Made by a program: the position numbers and the translations under genes
Shown: positions 1 through 11,600 of the stretch, piece after piece
How positions within the stretch are numbered: position 1 is the first letter of the stretch
Layout: each line of letters opens with the position of its first letter
Assembly (NCBI GenBank): GCA_038214375.1
Contig: JBBQRX010000006.1
Span: 39,979 to 103,978 of the forward strand
Source of the DNA: Candidatus Limnocylindrales bacterium
Lineage (GTDB): Bacteria; Chloroflexota; Limnocylindria; Limnocylindrales; CSP1-4
Reading direction: 5' to 3'
Length of the DNA stretch: 64,000 nucleotides
Notes under the pieces: generated by a model
Database searches by the model: none
What the model was told of the DNA's origin: nothing
Seen by the model: the letters and a program-made list of their open reading frames with translations, nothing else

Positions 1-32
1 ACGGGCCGCTGATCGCGCCGGAGGGGTCGCCA

Positions 33-65
33 CCCGCGCCGGACGGGTCGCCACGCGGGGTTTTT
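33..65 (+). terminator. putative intrinsic terminator of the off-window upstream gene
   Basis: CCCGCG (33-38) can pair with CGCGGG (54-59) and is followed by GTTTTT (60-65). A TGA at 10-12 could end an upstream ORF. The loop is long (15 nt), so this is weak. Confidence 0.3.
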
Positions 66-75
66 GACGGCCCCA

Positions 76-84
76 TGCGATAAT
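76..84 (+). promoter_or_regulatory. extended -10 element (TGcGATAAT) abutting the ispH start
   Basis: TGcGATAAT at 76-84 ends 6 nt before ATG 91, leaving no room for an SD. No convincing -35 at correct spacing. Confidence 0.3.
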
Positions 85-90
85 CCCGGC

Positions 91-1056
91 ATGGGCATGG
101 TGCACGAGGTGCGGATCGCGAAGCGGACCGGGTTCTGCTATGGCGTTCGCGAGGCCGTCGACAAGGCGAAGGAATCCGCCGATGCGGGCAAGCGCACCCA
201 GACGCTCGGCCAGGTGGTCCACAACGAGGGCGTGATCGCGGAGCTCGGCGCGCGCGGCGTCGTGAGCATCGGCGAGCTCTCCGAGGCGGCGGCCGGCTCC
301 ACGGTCGTCATCCGGGCCCACGGCGTGACGCCGGCCGTCCGGTCCGCGGCCGCCGAGCGTGGCCTCGAGATGATCGACGGGACCTGCTCGTGGGTGATCG
401 GCGAACAGCGCCAGCTCCAGGGCCTTGTCGCGGAGGGGTACACGATCGTGCTGCTGGGCACGCCGAACCACCCCGAGGTGGTGGGCCTGCTCGGCTTCGC
501 GCCGGACGCGATCGTCGTGGACGACGAGTCGGACTGGGATCGCATTCCGCGCAAGAAGCGGATGGCGCTCATCACGCAATCCACCCAGCCACCCTGGAAG
601 TTCGAGCGCCTGGCTGCCTTCATGGTCGGACGCGCCCACGAGCTCAAGATCATCAACAGCGTCTGCCCGGTGACGATCCGGCGGCAGGAGGACACGGTCG
701 AGCTGGCGCGGGCCGTCGAGTTTATCGTGGTCGTCGGCGGGCGACAGTCGGCCAACACGCGCGAGCTCACCCGCCTGTGCGAGATCGTGGGAACGCCCGC
801 GATCCAGGTCGAGCGGGCGACCGACCTCACCGACGCGTCCGTGTTCGGTACCGCCGGGATCGTCGGGGTGACCGGCGGGACATCGACGCCGATCGAGGAC
901 CTCGAGGCGGTCGCGGAGCGGATCCTCGCGCTGGCCGGGACGGCCGACGCCGCCGCGCATGCCCACGACCTCGCGGTCGCGGCGCTCGGTGCTGCCGCGA
1001 CCCCTGCCGGACGTACGACCTCGCTGCCGAGCTTCGAGTTCGCGGCGGCTCGCTGA
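91..1056 (+). CDS. ispH: 4-hydroxy-3-methylbut-2-enyl diphosphate reductase (IspH/LytB)
   Basis: ORF 64..1056. N-terminus ...VRIAKRTGFCYGV, internal NSVCPV and GGRQSANT motifs, and ~320 aa length fit IspH. ATG 91 preferred over TTG 64. Confidence 0.9.
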   Translation: MGMVHEVRIAKRTGFCYGVREAVDKAKESADAGKRTQTLGQVVHNEGVIAELGARGVVSIGELSEAAAGSTVVIRAHGVTPAVRSAAAERGLEMIDGTCSWVIGEQRQLQGLVAEGYTIVLLGTPNHPEVVGLLGFAPDAIVVDDESDWDRIPRKKRMALITQSTQPPWKFERLAAFMVGRAHELKIINSVCPVTIRRQEDTVELARAVEFIVVVGGRQSANTRELTRLCEIVGTPAIQVERATDLTDASVFGTAGIVGVTGGTSTPIEDLEAVAERILALAGTADAAAHAHDLAVAALGAAATPAGRTTSLPSFEFAAAR

Positions 1057-1063
1057 GCACGGG

Positions 1064-2602
1064 GTGGCATCGCTTCCCGTCGTCGCGCTGGTCGGACGCC
1101 CGAATGTCGGCAAGAGCACGCTCTTCAACCGGATCGTCGGCGACCCGCGCGCCGCGATCGTGGAGGATCGCGCCAGGACCACCCGTGACCGCCTGTATGC
1201 CGAGGCGGACTGGAACGGGCGCTCGTTCCTCGTCGTCGACACCGGGGGGCTGGAGACGACGCCCGGCAACGCCATCGAGGAGAAGGTCCAGGAGCAGGCG
1301 CGCCTCGCGATCGCCGAGGCCGACGTGATCGTCTTCCTTCTCGACACGACGACCGGCATCACGCCGTCCGACCAGGAGGCGGCCGAGATGCTGCGGCGGG
1401 CGTCGGCGCCCGTCATCCTCGCGCCGAACAAGGCCGACAACGCCAGGCGAGAGCTCGACGCGGTCGAGTTCTGGGCGCTCGGCTGGCCCGAGTCGTGGCC
1501 GATCTCGGCGGCCCACGGCCGGGGGGTGGCCGACCTGCTGGACGCGATCGTCGAGGCGCTGCCGCCCGAGAGTGCCGAGGAGCTGGGTCGGAAGACGCGC
1601 CTCGAGCGCCAGGACCTCGCGGCAGCGCACGTCGCGGACGCGCTGGCCGAGGGGATCGTCCCGTTCGACCAGGACACGGCCGGCGCCGACCTCTCCGCCG
1701 ACGAGTTCGACCCCGACCACGTGCCGGGTCCCGTGACGATCGCGCTCGTCGGGCGGCCCAACGTCGGCAAGTCGAGCCTTCTCAACGCGCTGCTCGGCGA
1801 GGAGCGGATGATCGTCAGCGAGATCCCGGGCACGACCCGCGACGCGATCGACACGCGGATGGCGTTCGGCCAGGGCGAGATCGTGCTGGTCGACACGGCG
1901 GGGATCCGGCGTCGCGGGAAGGTCGCCTCCGGTCCGGACGCCGATCGCTACTCGACCCTGCGCGCCCTCAAGGCCGTCGATCGCGCCGACGTGGTCGTGC
2001 TCGTCGTGGACGCGGTGGACGGGCTGACGGCGCAGGACGCGCACGTCGCCGGGTACGCGGTGGACGCGGGCAAGGGGCTGGTTCTCGCGATCAACAAGTG
2101 GGACCTGGTCCAGGAGAAGACCGACAAGACGTTCGACCAGTACGTGACCTGGATCCAGCGCGACGCGCCGTTCCTGGACTTCGCGCCCGCGGTCTCGATC
2201 AGCGCGAAGACCGGGCAGCGGGTCGAGCGCGTGCTCGAGCTGGCCGTGGACGTCTGGGGTGAGCGTCGCAAGCGGATCGGCACGGGCGAGCTGAACCGTC
2301 TCCTGACCGATGCCGTCGCGCGCCAGGCGCCGCCGGCCGTCAAGAACCGCCGGCCGCGGCTCTATTACGCAACGCAGGCGGGGATCGAGCCGCCGACGTT
2401 CATCTTCTTCGCGAACGACGCCGCCTTGATCCACTTCTCCTATCGGCGCTACCTCGAGAACCGGATCCGCGACGTCCTCGGGTTCCACGGGGCGCCGATC
2501 AAGCTCGTCTTCCGCGATCGGGGCACGGAACGGCCTCGGCGCGCGCGACCTGCTGCCCGGGCACGAGCGAGCGCACGGCCGGGGACGCGCCGGCCGAACT
2601 GA
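1064..2602 (+). CDS. der: ribosome-associated GTPase Der (EngA), two tandem G domains
   Basis: Two P-loops (GRPNVGKSTLFN and GRPNVGKSSLLN), DTGG/DTAG, NKAD/NKWD, and a KH-like C-terminus. In-frame GTG at 1064 lies just after the ispH stop; the upstream part of ORF 959.. overlaps ispH. Arg-rich 30-aa tail. Confidence 0.9.
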   Translation: MASLPVVALVGRPNVGKSTLFNRIVGDPRAAIVEDRARTTRDRLYAEADWNGRSFLVVDTGGLETTPGNAIEEKVQEQARLAIAEADVIVFLLDTTTGITPSDQEAAEMLRRASAPVILAPNKADNARRELDAVEFWALGWPESWPISAAHGRGVADLLDAIVEALPPESAEELGRKTRLERQDLAAAHVADALAEGIVPFDQDTAGADLSADEFDPDHVPGPVTIALVGRPNVGKSSLLNALLGEERMIVSEIPGTTRDAIDTRMAFGQGEIVLVDTAGIRRRGKVASGPDADRYSTLRALKAVDRADVVVLVVDAVDGLTAQDAHVAGYAVDAGKGLVLAINKWDLVQEKTDKTFDQYVTWIQRDAPFLDFAPAVSISAKTGQRVERVLELAVDVWGERRKRIGTGELNRLLTDAVARQAPPAVKNRRPRLYYATQAGIEPPTFIFFANDAALIHFSYRRYLENRIRDVLGFHGAPIKLVFRDRGTERPRRARPAARARASARPGTRRPN

Positions 2603-2964
2603 CGTTCGCGGAACGGCAGCGCGGGCAGAGCCGCGCGGGCGGGCGCCGCGCGGGGCCACTCGTCACATTCGTACGTCCGCCGCACGAAATCGGCTCGGGT
2701 GTACGTTCAACGCACGATTCCGACGTACGGTTCGCCTCGGCTGCCTCGGGGATGCCTCCCAGGGGCCCAATCGGCCTGGAATCGGTCGCGTTCGTGCAGT
2801 CAACGTACGTTCGTGGCACCTCGCCACGTCCCGGGCCCCACCGTTCGGTCGGATCGTTCATCTGCCGCAAGCCGCGTCGCGGTTCGGACCACGGGCGGCC
2901 CCAGTGAGGCGGCCCTGGGCCTCCGCGGACATCAGCCGGCGCGGCGGTTGGCGGACACGGCGTC

Positions 2965-2973
2965 TGCTATCCT
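2965..2973 (+). promoter_or_regulatory. possible extended -10 (TGcTATCCT) for tRNA-Pro
   Basis: TGcTATCCT ends 8 nt before tRNA position 1 (2982). No clear -35. Confidence 0.3.
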
Positions 2974-2981
2974 CTCCGGGT

Positions 2982-3058
2982 CGGGGCGTGGCGCAGCTTG
3001 GTAGCGCACCTGAATGGGGTTCAGGAGGTCGAGCGTTCGAATCGCTCCGCCCCGACCA
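2982..3058 (+). tRNA. tRNA-Pro (anticodon GGG), CCA encoded
   Basis: Hand-folded cloverleaf: acceptor CGGGGCG/CGCCCCG, D stem GCGC/GCGC, anticodon stem CCTGA/TCAGG with loop ATGGGGT (GGG), T arm GAGCG-TTCGAAT-CGCTC, then ACCA. Confidence 0.9.
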
Positions 3059-3073
3059 TCGCCTGAACACGAG

Positions 3074-3104
3074 AATGGCCTCCGGTACGCCGCCGGGGGC
3101 CATT
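3074..3104. terminator. hairpin between tRNA-Pro and the convergent GH25 gene
   Basis: AATGGCCTCCGG (3074-3085) pairs with CCGGGGGCCATT (3093-3104) with one mismatch, followed by a T. Confidence 0.4.
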
Positions 3105-3216
3105 TGAATGGTCAGCCGTCCTCAGGCGACGGGCCCGACGTAGTAGATACCCTCCCAGCTGACGATGCCGTCGGGGGAGTTCGTGACCTCGAGGTTGGCG
3201 TGGAACGGTTCGCGCC

Positions 3217-5169
3217 CTACTGGACCGAGTACCGCGCCTTGGGGCTCAGGAAGCTGACCGCGTTCGTCGTCGTGGGGGCCGCATACGCCCGTACGTACCA
3301 CTGTCCGCGAACCGTGAAGCGCCACACGAGGCGTGCCCTTCCGACCGAGTTGGCCGTGACGCTGCGCGTGTAGGCGGCGACCCAGCGGCTGCCCACCAGG
3401 CGCCAGATCTGGAACGTGACGGTTGCCCGTGGCACCGTCGGACCGACCGGTCGGACGGTGGCCGTGAAGGGCACCAGCGTGCCCGCCGCCACGCGCTTGA
3501 CGCTTCCGCCGTTGGTCGGCTGCAGCACGATGACCTGCCGCGTCGTGACGCGCACGGGTGGGCTCGTCGCGGCGCCGAGATCGGGTTCGCCCGCGTAGAG
3601 GGCCTGGAACTGGGTCGTCACCGGCGGGGTGTACGCAGGGCTGACGGCGTGGCCCGTGGCGTCGGTCACGACCGTCGCGATGTCGGACCATTGCGTCTCG
3701 TTCGCCTGCATCCGCTGCAGCGTCAGGCTGCGGTTCGCGCCCGACGTGGCGCCCGATGTCGCGACCTGGACGTTCAGCGTCACCGACTGGCCCGCAACGA
3801 CAAGGGTGGCGCTCGGCGTGACGCTGAGCTGGGGGGCCGGGACCGTGACGTTGAACGCCGCGGGGGTGCTGGTGCCGCCCCCCGGCGGCAGGTTGAGGAC
3901 CGTCAGCGACCCCGTTCCGGGCGTGGCCGTCAGGGCGGCCGGCACGACCGCGGTGAGCTGCGTCGGCGAGACGAATGTCGTCGCGATCGGCGTCCCGTTC
4001 CACTGGGCCGTGGAGACTCCGGCGGCGAAGTCCCCTCCCTGGATCGAGACGCTCAGGTCGCCGCCACCCGCCGTGATCGTTGCCGGGGCGACCGCGGCGA
4101 GGACCGGCGGGGCGTTGGGCGGCGTGACCGGCGGCGCGACCGGTAGCAGCGGAAGGTAGTTGAATGTCATGCCGGTCAGGTCGCTCCCGTTGAACCGGTC
4201 GAGGTCAACGCACCCGGTGATGCCGGCGACCGCGCCGCAGTCGCTGTACTGCCAGAACGTCCAGCCGCGGCCGCTCCAGTCGTTGGCGGGAACCGTGGGG
4301 CTCGTGATGAACCAGTGGGCGATCCACAACACCGCGTAGCCCTGGTCGGCGAACATCGTCGTATCGCCCATGGAATTCGTCCAGAAGGTCGGGCTGGTGT
4401 AGATCATCGGCCGGACCCCGAGCTTCGCGTAGACCTCGTCCAACCACGCGCCCACCCATGCCTGCAGGGCTGCCGGCGACAACCCGCCGGTCCGCTCGAC
4501 GTCGAGCGCGGGGACCAGGTCGCCGGGGAGGAGTGCGGCGGTCTGGACGAACCAGTCGGCCTGGAGGATCGCGTCGCCCGGCGCGGCCAGGGGAGCGGCG
4601 AAGTGATAGGCGGCCGTCGCGAGCCCGGCGGCCCGGGCACCGGCGTGATTGGTCGCGTAGGTCGGGTCGGCGTACGTCGAGCCCACGGTGGCCTGCATGA
4701 CCGCGAAGCGTTTGCCCGCGCCAGGCACCTGCGCCCAGTCGATCGTGTTCTGGTAGTGGCTGACGTCGATCCCCTCGAGGTAGACCGCGGGCACCGGAGG
4801 GGGCAGGGTCGACGGCGCGAAGAGCCCGGTCGCCGCGTACGCCACGCTCACCCCGTAGAGCGTCGATACGCTCGTGCCGCCGACCGCGGTGATCGCATAC
4901 CAGGTGCTCGCGGAGACGGCCGTGACGCAGGAGGTGGACCAGGAATCGCCCGAGACCGTGCCGGAGACGGTCACGATGGTGCCCGCCGTCATGGTGACGA
5001 TCACCGACGAGGTGGACGTCGTCGATGGCGCTTTTCGAAGGAAGGCGTTACAGCTGGCGGCGTAATACGCGTCCACGGCGGCTGCTCCGCGCGGCGCGAA
5101 GGGAACGAGCGCCAGCGCGATGAGGATCGCGAGGACGGCCGGGAGGCATCGGCGACGCACGAACTGCAT
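3217..5169 (-). CDS. secreted multidomain GH25 muramidase (lysozyme) with SH3-like N-domain and IPT/Ig-like C-terminal repeats
   Basis: Signal peptide MQFVRRRCLPAVLAILIALALVPFAPRGAAA. GH25 signature GIDVSHYQNTIDW...FAVMQATVG...AAYHFA. C-terminal beta-rich repeats. SD-like GGGAGA precedes ATG 5169. Confidence 0.8.
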   Translation of the reverse strand: MQFVRRRCLPAVLAILIALALVPFAPRGAAAVDAYYAASCNAFLRKAPSTTSTSSVIVTMTAGTIVTVSGTVSGDSWSTSCVTAVSASTWYAITAVGGTSVSTLYGVSVAYAATGLFAPSTLPPPVPAVYLEGIDVSHYQNTIDWAQVPGAGKRFAVMQATVGSTYADPTYATNHAGARAAGLATAAYHFAAPLAAPGDAILQADWFVQTAALLPGDLVPALDVERTGGLSPAALQAWVGAWLDEVYAKLGVRPMIYTSPTFWTNSMGDTTMFADQGYAVLWIAHWFITSPTVPANDWSGRGWTFWQYSDCGAVAGITGCVDLDRFNGSDLTGMTFNYLPLLPVAPPVTPPNAPPVLAAVAPATITAGGGDLSVSIQGGDFAAGVSTAQWNGTPIATTFVSPTQLTAVVPAALTATPGTGSLTVLNLPPGGGTSTPAAFNVTVPAPQLSVTPSATLVVAGQSVTLNVQVATSGATSGANRSLTLQRMQANETQWSDIATVVTDATGHAVSPAYTPPVTTQFQALYAGEPDLGAATSPPVRVTTRQVIVLQPTNGGSVKRVAAGTLVPFTATVRPVGPTVPRATVTFQIWRLVGSRWVAAYTRSVTANSVGRARLVWRFTVRGQWYVRAYAAPTTTNAVSFLSPKARYSVQ

Positions 5170-5477
5170 GTTCGATCTCCCCGTGCCCTGGTCCTGGACG
5201 GCGAACCCGCGACGCGAAGGCCGTCCCGGGCTGCGTGGCACGTGATCCCGGCACGATCGTGTTCCGGGGGCCCTCGGAGCCTGGGGTTCGGCGAGGGAGC
5301 CTCCCCGATGCTACCAGCCGCGCGCCGGCACGTCCCGGCGTACCGTTGCGCCCCCGAAGGCCCGCACGGTGGGCGAGATACCGCAATGCGCGGCGGCAGA
5401 CCCCGCTATGGTTGACATGACGTCCCCCGGCGGCTCGACGCGGCCGGCCGGGGTCGTGCACGGACGGGAGACGGACG

Positions 5478-7340
<1,863 letters not shown>

Positions 7341-7417
7341 TCGGGCCGACCGGGCGCGCCGGCCTCCTCGCGAAGCTCGACGATCTCGACCCCGCCCAGC
7401 TCGGCGGGCTGGGCGAC

Positions 7418-8869
7418 ATGAGCCCGGAGCAGTTCCGGGCGGCCGCCCACGCCACCGTGGACCTGCTCGCTGACTACCTGGAGCATGTCGAGGACTTCGC
7501 GATCCTGCGGCCGATCGAGCCGGGCATGCTCCGCGACCAGCTGCCACCGGACCCGCCCGAGGGCCCTGAGCCGATCGGGGCGATCCTCGCCGACGTCGCC
7601 CGGCTGGTCGAGCCGAACGCCACGCACTGGCAGCACCCGGGCTTCCTCGCGTACTTCGCGACCACGGCCTCCGGTCCCGGGATCCTCGGCGAGTTCGTCA
7701 CCGCGGTGCTGGGCCAGAACCCGATGCTCTGGCGGACCTCACCCGTGGGCACGGAGCTCGAGGAGGTGGTCGTCGGCTGGCTGCGGCGCGCGCTCGGCCT
7801 GCCCGACGCCTTCGACGGGCTGCTGACCGATACGGCCTCGACGTCGTCGCTCATCGCGATCGCCGCGGCGCGCGAGGCGGCCGGCCTGGACGTTTCGGCG
7901 CGCGGGCTCGCGGGGCGGCCGGAGATCGGGGCGCCCGTCGTCTACGCGTCGCAGGAGGCGCACAGCAGCATCGAGAAGGCGTGCATGACGCTCGGCCTGG
8001 GCCGGAGCGCCTGCCGTCGGATCGCGACCGACGACGCATATGCCATGCGGATCGATGCGCTCGAGGCGGCGCTCGCGGCGGACCGGGCCGCCGGGCGGAC
8101 GCCCATCGCGATCGTGGCAACGATCGGCACGACCTCGTCCACGGCGGTGGACCCCGTCCCGGCGATCGCGGACCTCGCCGCTCGCGAGCGGCTCTGGCTG
8201 CACGTGGATGCGGCGTACGGGGGCGCCGTGGCGCTCCTGCCGGATCGGCGGGGGCTCTTTGCCGGGTGGGAGCGCGCCGATTCGATCGTGGTGAACCCCC
8301 ACAAGTGGTTCTTCACACCGCTCGACGCGTCGCTCCTGTTGAGCCGTCGGATGCCCTCGCTCCGCGCCGCGTTCAGCCTGGTGCCGGAATACCTGCGCAC
8401 GCTGGACCGTGCTCGGCCCGTCCACGACTACAACGAGTACCAACCGCAGCTCGGACGCCGGATGCGCGCGCTCAAGCTGTGGTTCCTGGTCCGCTACTTT
8501 GGGATCGAGGGGCTCCGCCGGCGGATCGACGCCCACTGCCGGCTGGCGGCTGAGCTTGCCGGGGAGATTGACGCCAACTCGGACTTCGAGCGCCTGGCGC
8601 CCGTGCCCTTCTCGACGGTCTGCCTCCGCTGGCGACCCGCGGAGCTGGCCGGCCGCGAGGACGAGCCGGAGGTCCGCGCGCGCCTGGATGCGGCGAACGA
8701 GCGGCTGATGGCAGTCGTCAACGCCTCGGGCGAGATCTTCCTCTCGCACACGCGGCTGCGGGACCGGTTCGCGATCCGCGTCGCGATCGGCAACCTCCGC
8801 ACCGAGCCGCGCCACGTTGCGCGTGCCTGGGCGCTTCTCCAGTCCGAGGCCGCGCGGCTCGCCGGCTGA
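7418..8869 (+). CDS. PLP-dependent aromatic-L-amino-acid/tyrosine decarboxylase-like enzyme (group II decarboxylase)
   Basis: N-terminus MSPEQFRAAAHATVDLLADYLE, HWQHPGFLAYF, and the PLP-lysine context VNPHKWFF. ATG 7418 chosen; in-frame GTG 7337 overlapping the pckG stop is an alternative start. Confidence 0.85.
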   Translation: MSPEQFRAAAHATVDLLADYLEHVEDFAILRPIEPGMLRDQLPPDPPEGPEPIGAILADVARLVEPNATHWQHPGFLAYFATTASGPGILGEFVTAVLGQNPMLWRTSPVGTELEEVVVGWLRRALGLPDAFDGLLTDTASTSSLIAIAAAREAAGLDVSARGLAGRPEIGAPVVYASQEAHSSIEKACMTLGLGRSACRRIATDDAYAMRIDALEAALAADRAAGRTPIAIVATIGTTSSTAVDPVPAIADLAARERLWLHVDAAYGGAVALLPDRRGLFAGWERADSIVVNPHKWFFTPLDASLLLSRRMPSLRAAFSLVPEYLRTLDRARPVHDYNEYQPQLGRRMRALKLWFLVRYFGIEGLRRRIDAHCRLAAELAGEIDANSDFERLAPVPFSTVCLRWRPAELAGREDEPEVRARLDAANERLMAVVNASGEIFLSHTRLRDRFAIRVAIGNLRTEPRHVARAWALLQSEAARLAG

Positions 8870-8926
8870 CCGTCGCTCCGGCCGTGCATTCGCTGGCCGA
8901 AGCCTCCCGGGTTCGCGCCTCGGCGC

Positions 8927-9679
8927 TCAGTGCGCCGGAACGGCGAGCTTCGGAAAGGCCGTGTCGTAGTCGAACGTGTAGGTCGTGGCGCCCAGCGGGT
9001 CCGTGCGGCGCGCCGCCAGGATCCGGCCGCTCGCCGGGTCAAGGCGCACCCGGGCCGTGACGCGGCCGCCCAGGAAGGGTGAGACGCCGGTGTACGCCCA
9101 CGTCAGCGTGCCGTCGGTCCCGCGCGTGATGGTCTCGGTGATCGATCCGTCGCTCGGGCTGCTCCCGCTCCACGAAACGGCCGGCTGGCCGATCCTGCGG
9201 AACCCGCTCGTGAGCGCCGAGGCGCCGCACTGCCAGGCGCCCGCGATCCGCGCGAAGCCGGACTGCTTGTCGTAGGCTGCGCCGCCGACGCAGATGAAGA
9301 CGAGCTTCCCGTCAACGACCGTTGCCGATGCACCCGGCTCGAACCGCATCAGTCCGGGGTTCGGTCCCGCGATGGTCACCGCCACGTGCCTGGCTGCCGT
9401 CAGGCCGCGAGTGGCGGCCGTCCAGAATGTCTTCGGGGTCGTCGCGGCGCTCGGCCGCGGTGTCGCGACGCGAGGCGGAGACGCGCCCGGCGAGGCGTCG
9501 CCTTCGGACGCCCTGGGGCTCGCGGCAGCCGTGGGTCTCGGCGTCGGCGCGCCCGAGGGCGCGGCGCTCGGCGTCGCTCCGCATCCCACCGCGATCGCGG
9601 CGACGAGGAGCACGAACACGGCGCCGTGCAACTGATTCCGGGCGTGTGCGGCGGAGTGCACCATCGGGCGATCCAGCAT
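8927..9679 (-). CDS. hypothetical lipoprotein
   Basis: N-terminal hydrophobic stretch ending in lipobox AIAVGC, then a Pro/Ala-rich linker and a beta-rich domain. No recognisable family. Confidence 0.6.
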   Translation of the reverse strand: MLDRPMVHSAAHARNQLHGAVFVLLVAAIAVGCGATPSAAPSGAPTPRPTAAASPRASEGDASPGASPPRVATPRPSAATTPKTFWTAATRGLTAARHVAVTIAGPNPGLMRFEPGASATVVDGKLVFICVGGAAYDKQSGFARIAGAWQCGASALTSGFRRIGQPAVSWSGSSPSDGSITETITRGTDGTLTWAYTGVSPFLGGRVTARVRLDPASGRILAARRTDPLGATTYTFDYDTAFPKLAVPAH

Positions 9680-9772
9680 CGGTCGATCCTACCGGTTCGC
9701 GCGGTAGACTCCCGCCAACCCTCCCACGCTCGCGCGCCGGCGATTCCGCGCCGCGCCATCCAAGGAGCCCGC

Positions 9773-11293
9773 ATGGTCACCCAGGTCGCCCGCGACTACC
9801 CGATGTTCATCGACGGCGCTTCGGTCGAGGCCGCCGGCGGGGCGTGGCTGGAGGTCCGCAACCCGGCCACCGGCGCGCTCGTCGGGCGCGTTCCCGCGGG
9901 CAGCGAGGCGGACGTGGACAGGGCGGTCGCGGCGGCGCGCGGGGCGTTCCGCGACGGGCGGTGGAGCCGGCGCCACCTGCCCGAGCGGGCGGCGATCCTC
10001 GCGCGCCTGGCCGACCTGATCGAGGCCCACGCCGACGAGCTCGCGCTCCTCGAGACGCTCCAGACCGGCTCCGCCTACAAGCTCCGCCGCGACTCGGACC
10101 TGCCGTTCACGGTGGACAACCTGCGCTTCTTCGCCGGCGCGGTGCGGCACCTCGAGGGCAAGGCAGCCTACGAATACTCCGGCAGCCACACGAGCTTCGT
10201 CCGCCGCGAGCCGCTGGGCGTCGTGGGCCAGGTCAGCCCCTGGAACTACCCGCTCTGGATGGCCACCTGGAAGATCGGGCCCGCCCTCGCCGCGGGTAAT
10301 TGCGTTGTCCTCAAGCCTGCCTCGTCCACGCCGCTGACCACGATCCGGCTCGCGGAGCTGGCCGCGGAGGCAGGGGTCCCCGCCGGCGTCCTGAATGTGA
10401 TCACGGGCCGGGGCGACGTGGTCGGCGCCGCGCTCGCCGCGCACCCGGACGTGGACCTCGTCTCGTTGACCGGCGACTCCGAGACGGGGCGCCGGATCCA
10501 GGCGCTCGCCGCGGGCAACCTCAAGCGGACACACCTCGAGCTGGGCGGGAAGGCTCCCGTGATCGTCCATGCGGATGCCGACCTGGAGGCCGCGGCGCGC
10601 GGCGCAACCGCGGGAGCGCTCATCAACGGCGGCCAGGACTGCACGGCCGCGACGCGTGTTTACGTGGACCGGCGCGTGCTCGAGCCGTTCACCGCACGGC
10701 TCGTCGAGCTGTTCGCGTCGGTGCGCGTGGGCGACCCGCTGGATCCGGCGACGGACCTCGGGACGCTCATCAGCGGCGCGCAGGTCGCGCGCGTGGACGG
10801 CTTCGTGCAGCGGGCCGTTGCCGCGGGCGCACGCGTTCTCGTCGGCGGCACGCGGCCGGACGTGCCAGGCTTCCCGGACGGCGCCTTCTACCTGCCGACC
10901 GTGATCATCGGCGCGGCGCAGGACAGCGAGATCGTCCAGCAAGAGGTCTTCGGGCCGGTGCTCGTCGTGCTCCCGTTCGACACGGAGGAGGAGGCGCTCC
11001 GGCTGGCGAACGACACGCGCTACGGCCTCGCGAGCTCCGTCTGGACGAGCGACCTGCGGACCGCGATGCGGGCGACGATCGAGCTCAACTTCGGACACGT
11101 GCTCGTCAACGACCACCTGATGGTCACCAGCGAGATGCCGCACGGCGGCTTCCGCCAGTCGGGCTTCGGCAAGGACATGTCGATGTACTCGTTCGAGGAG
11201 TACACCCGAGTCAAGCACGTCATGATCGAGCTCACGGGCGAGGCCGAGAAGCCCTGGCACTACACGATCTTCGGGGAGAAGCGGGCCGAGTAG
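9773..11293 (+). CDS. NAD(P)-dependent aldehyde dehydrogenase
   Basis: VSPWNYPL, ELGGKAP, catalytic Cys context GQDCTAATR. AAGGAG lies 5 nt upstream of ATG 9773; the upstream part of ORF 9386.. is Arg-rich junk. Confidence 0.9.
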   Translation: MVTQVARDYPMFIDGASVEAAGGAWLEVRNPATGALVGRVPAGSEADVDRAVAAARGAFRDGRWSRRHLPERAAILARLADLIEAHADELALLETLQTGSAYKLRRDSDLPFTVDNLRFFAGAVRHLEGKAAYEYSGSHTSFVRREPLGVVGQVSPWNYPLWMATWKIGPALAAGNCVVLKPASSTPLTTIRLAELAAEAGVPAGVLNVITGRGDVVGAALAAHPDVDLVSLTGDSETGRRIQALAAGNLKRTHLELGGKAPVIVHADADLEAAARGATAGALINGGQDCTAATRVYVDRRVLEPFTARLVELFASVRVGDPLDPATDLGTLISGAQVARVDGFVQRAVAAGARVLVGGTRPDVPGFPDGAFYLPTVIIGAAQDSEIVQQEVFGPVLVVLPFDTEEEALRLANDTRYGLASSVWTSDLRTAMRATIELNFGHVLVNDHLMVTSEMPHGGFRQSGFGKDMSMYSFEEYTRVKHVMIELTGEAEKPWHYTIFGEKRAE

Positions 11294-11600
11294 GGCCGAT
11301 GTGAGCACGAAAACAGGCCCCTGGGGAGCGTCCCCGCCACGTGCCCGACCGCCATCCTGACTGCAGTTTGCTACCCCGATCAGACCACTCTGGCGTCGTC
11401 GAGGGCCGGCAGACGGCGTCGCAGCGCCTCGTCGATCCGCCCGCGCGCCGTTCGGGCTCGCAGCGGCGGATACGAGGCCAACGGTACCCTTTGCCCGGCC
11501 CCCGGCTCCGCACAGGGGCGCTCCGCTCGCCTCGAACGACGGGACGCTACTGGGCGTCCAGGGGTCGTGCCATTCGGCCCTCGACCTTGTTGGGTTCCGA

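Noticed and set aside
827-2659. 610-aa minus-strand ORF, plus similar long antisense ORFs at 9689..11635, 14224..16548, 38385..40058, 43989..45926 and 55689..57842
   Set aside because: All are Arg/Gly/Pro/Asp-rich low-complexity translations lying antisense to genes with strong family signatures. This is the typical stop-codon-poor artefact of very GC-rich DNA.
3122-3216. Coding-looking peptide (…FHANLEVTNSPDGIVSWEGIYYVGPVA) at the end of minus ORF 3122..4003
   Set aside because: It is only about 30 residues, in a different frame from the GH25 gene, with no start and no recognisable family. It could be a relic, but there is too little evidence.
3217-5169. GH25 muramidase next to tRNA-Pro as a prophage endolysin or prophage remnant
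   Set aside because: It has its own signal peptide and multiple Ig/IPT domains, which fits a secreted cell-wall hydrolase. There are no holin, integrase, att repeat or other phage genes nearby.
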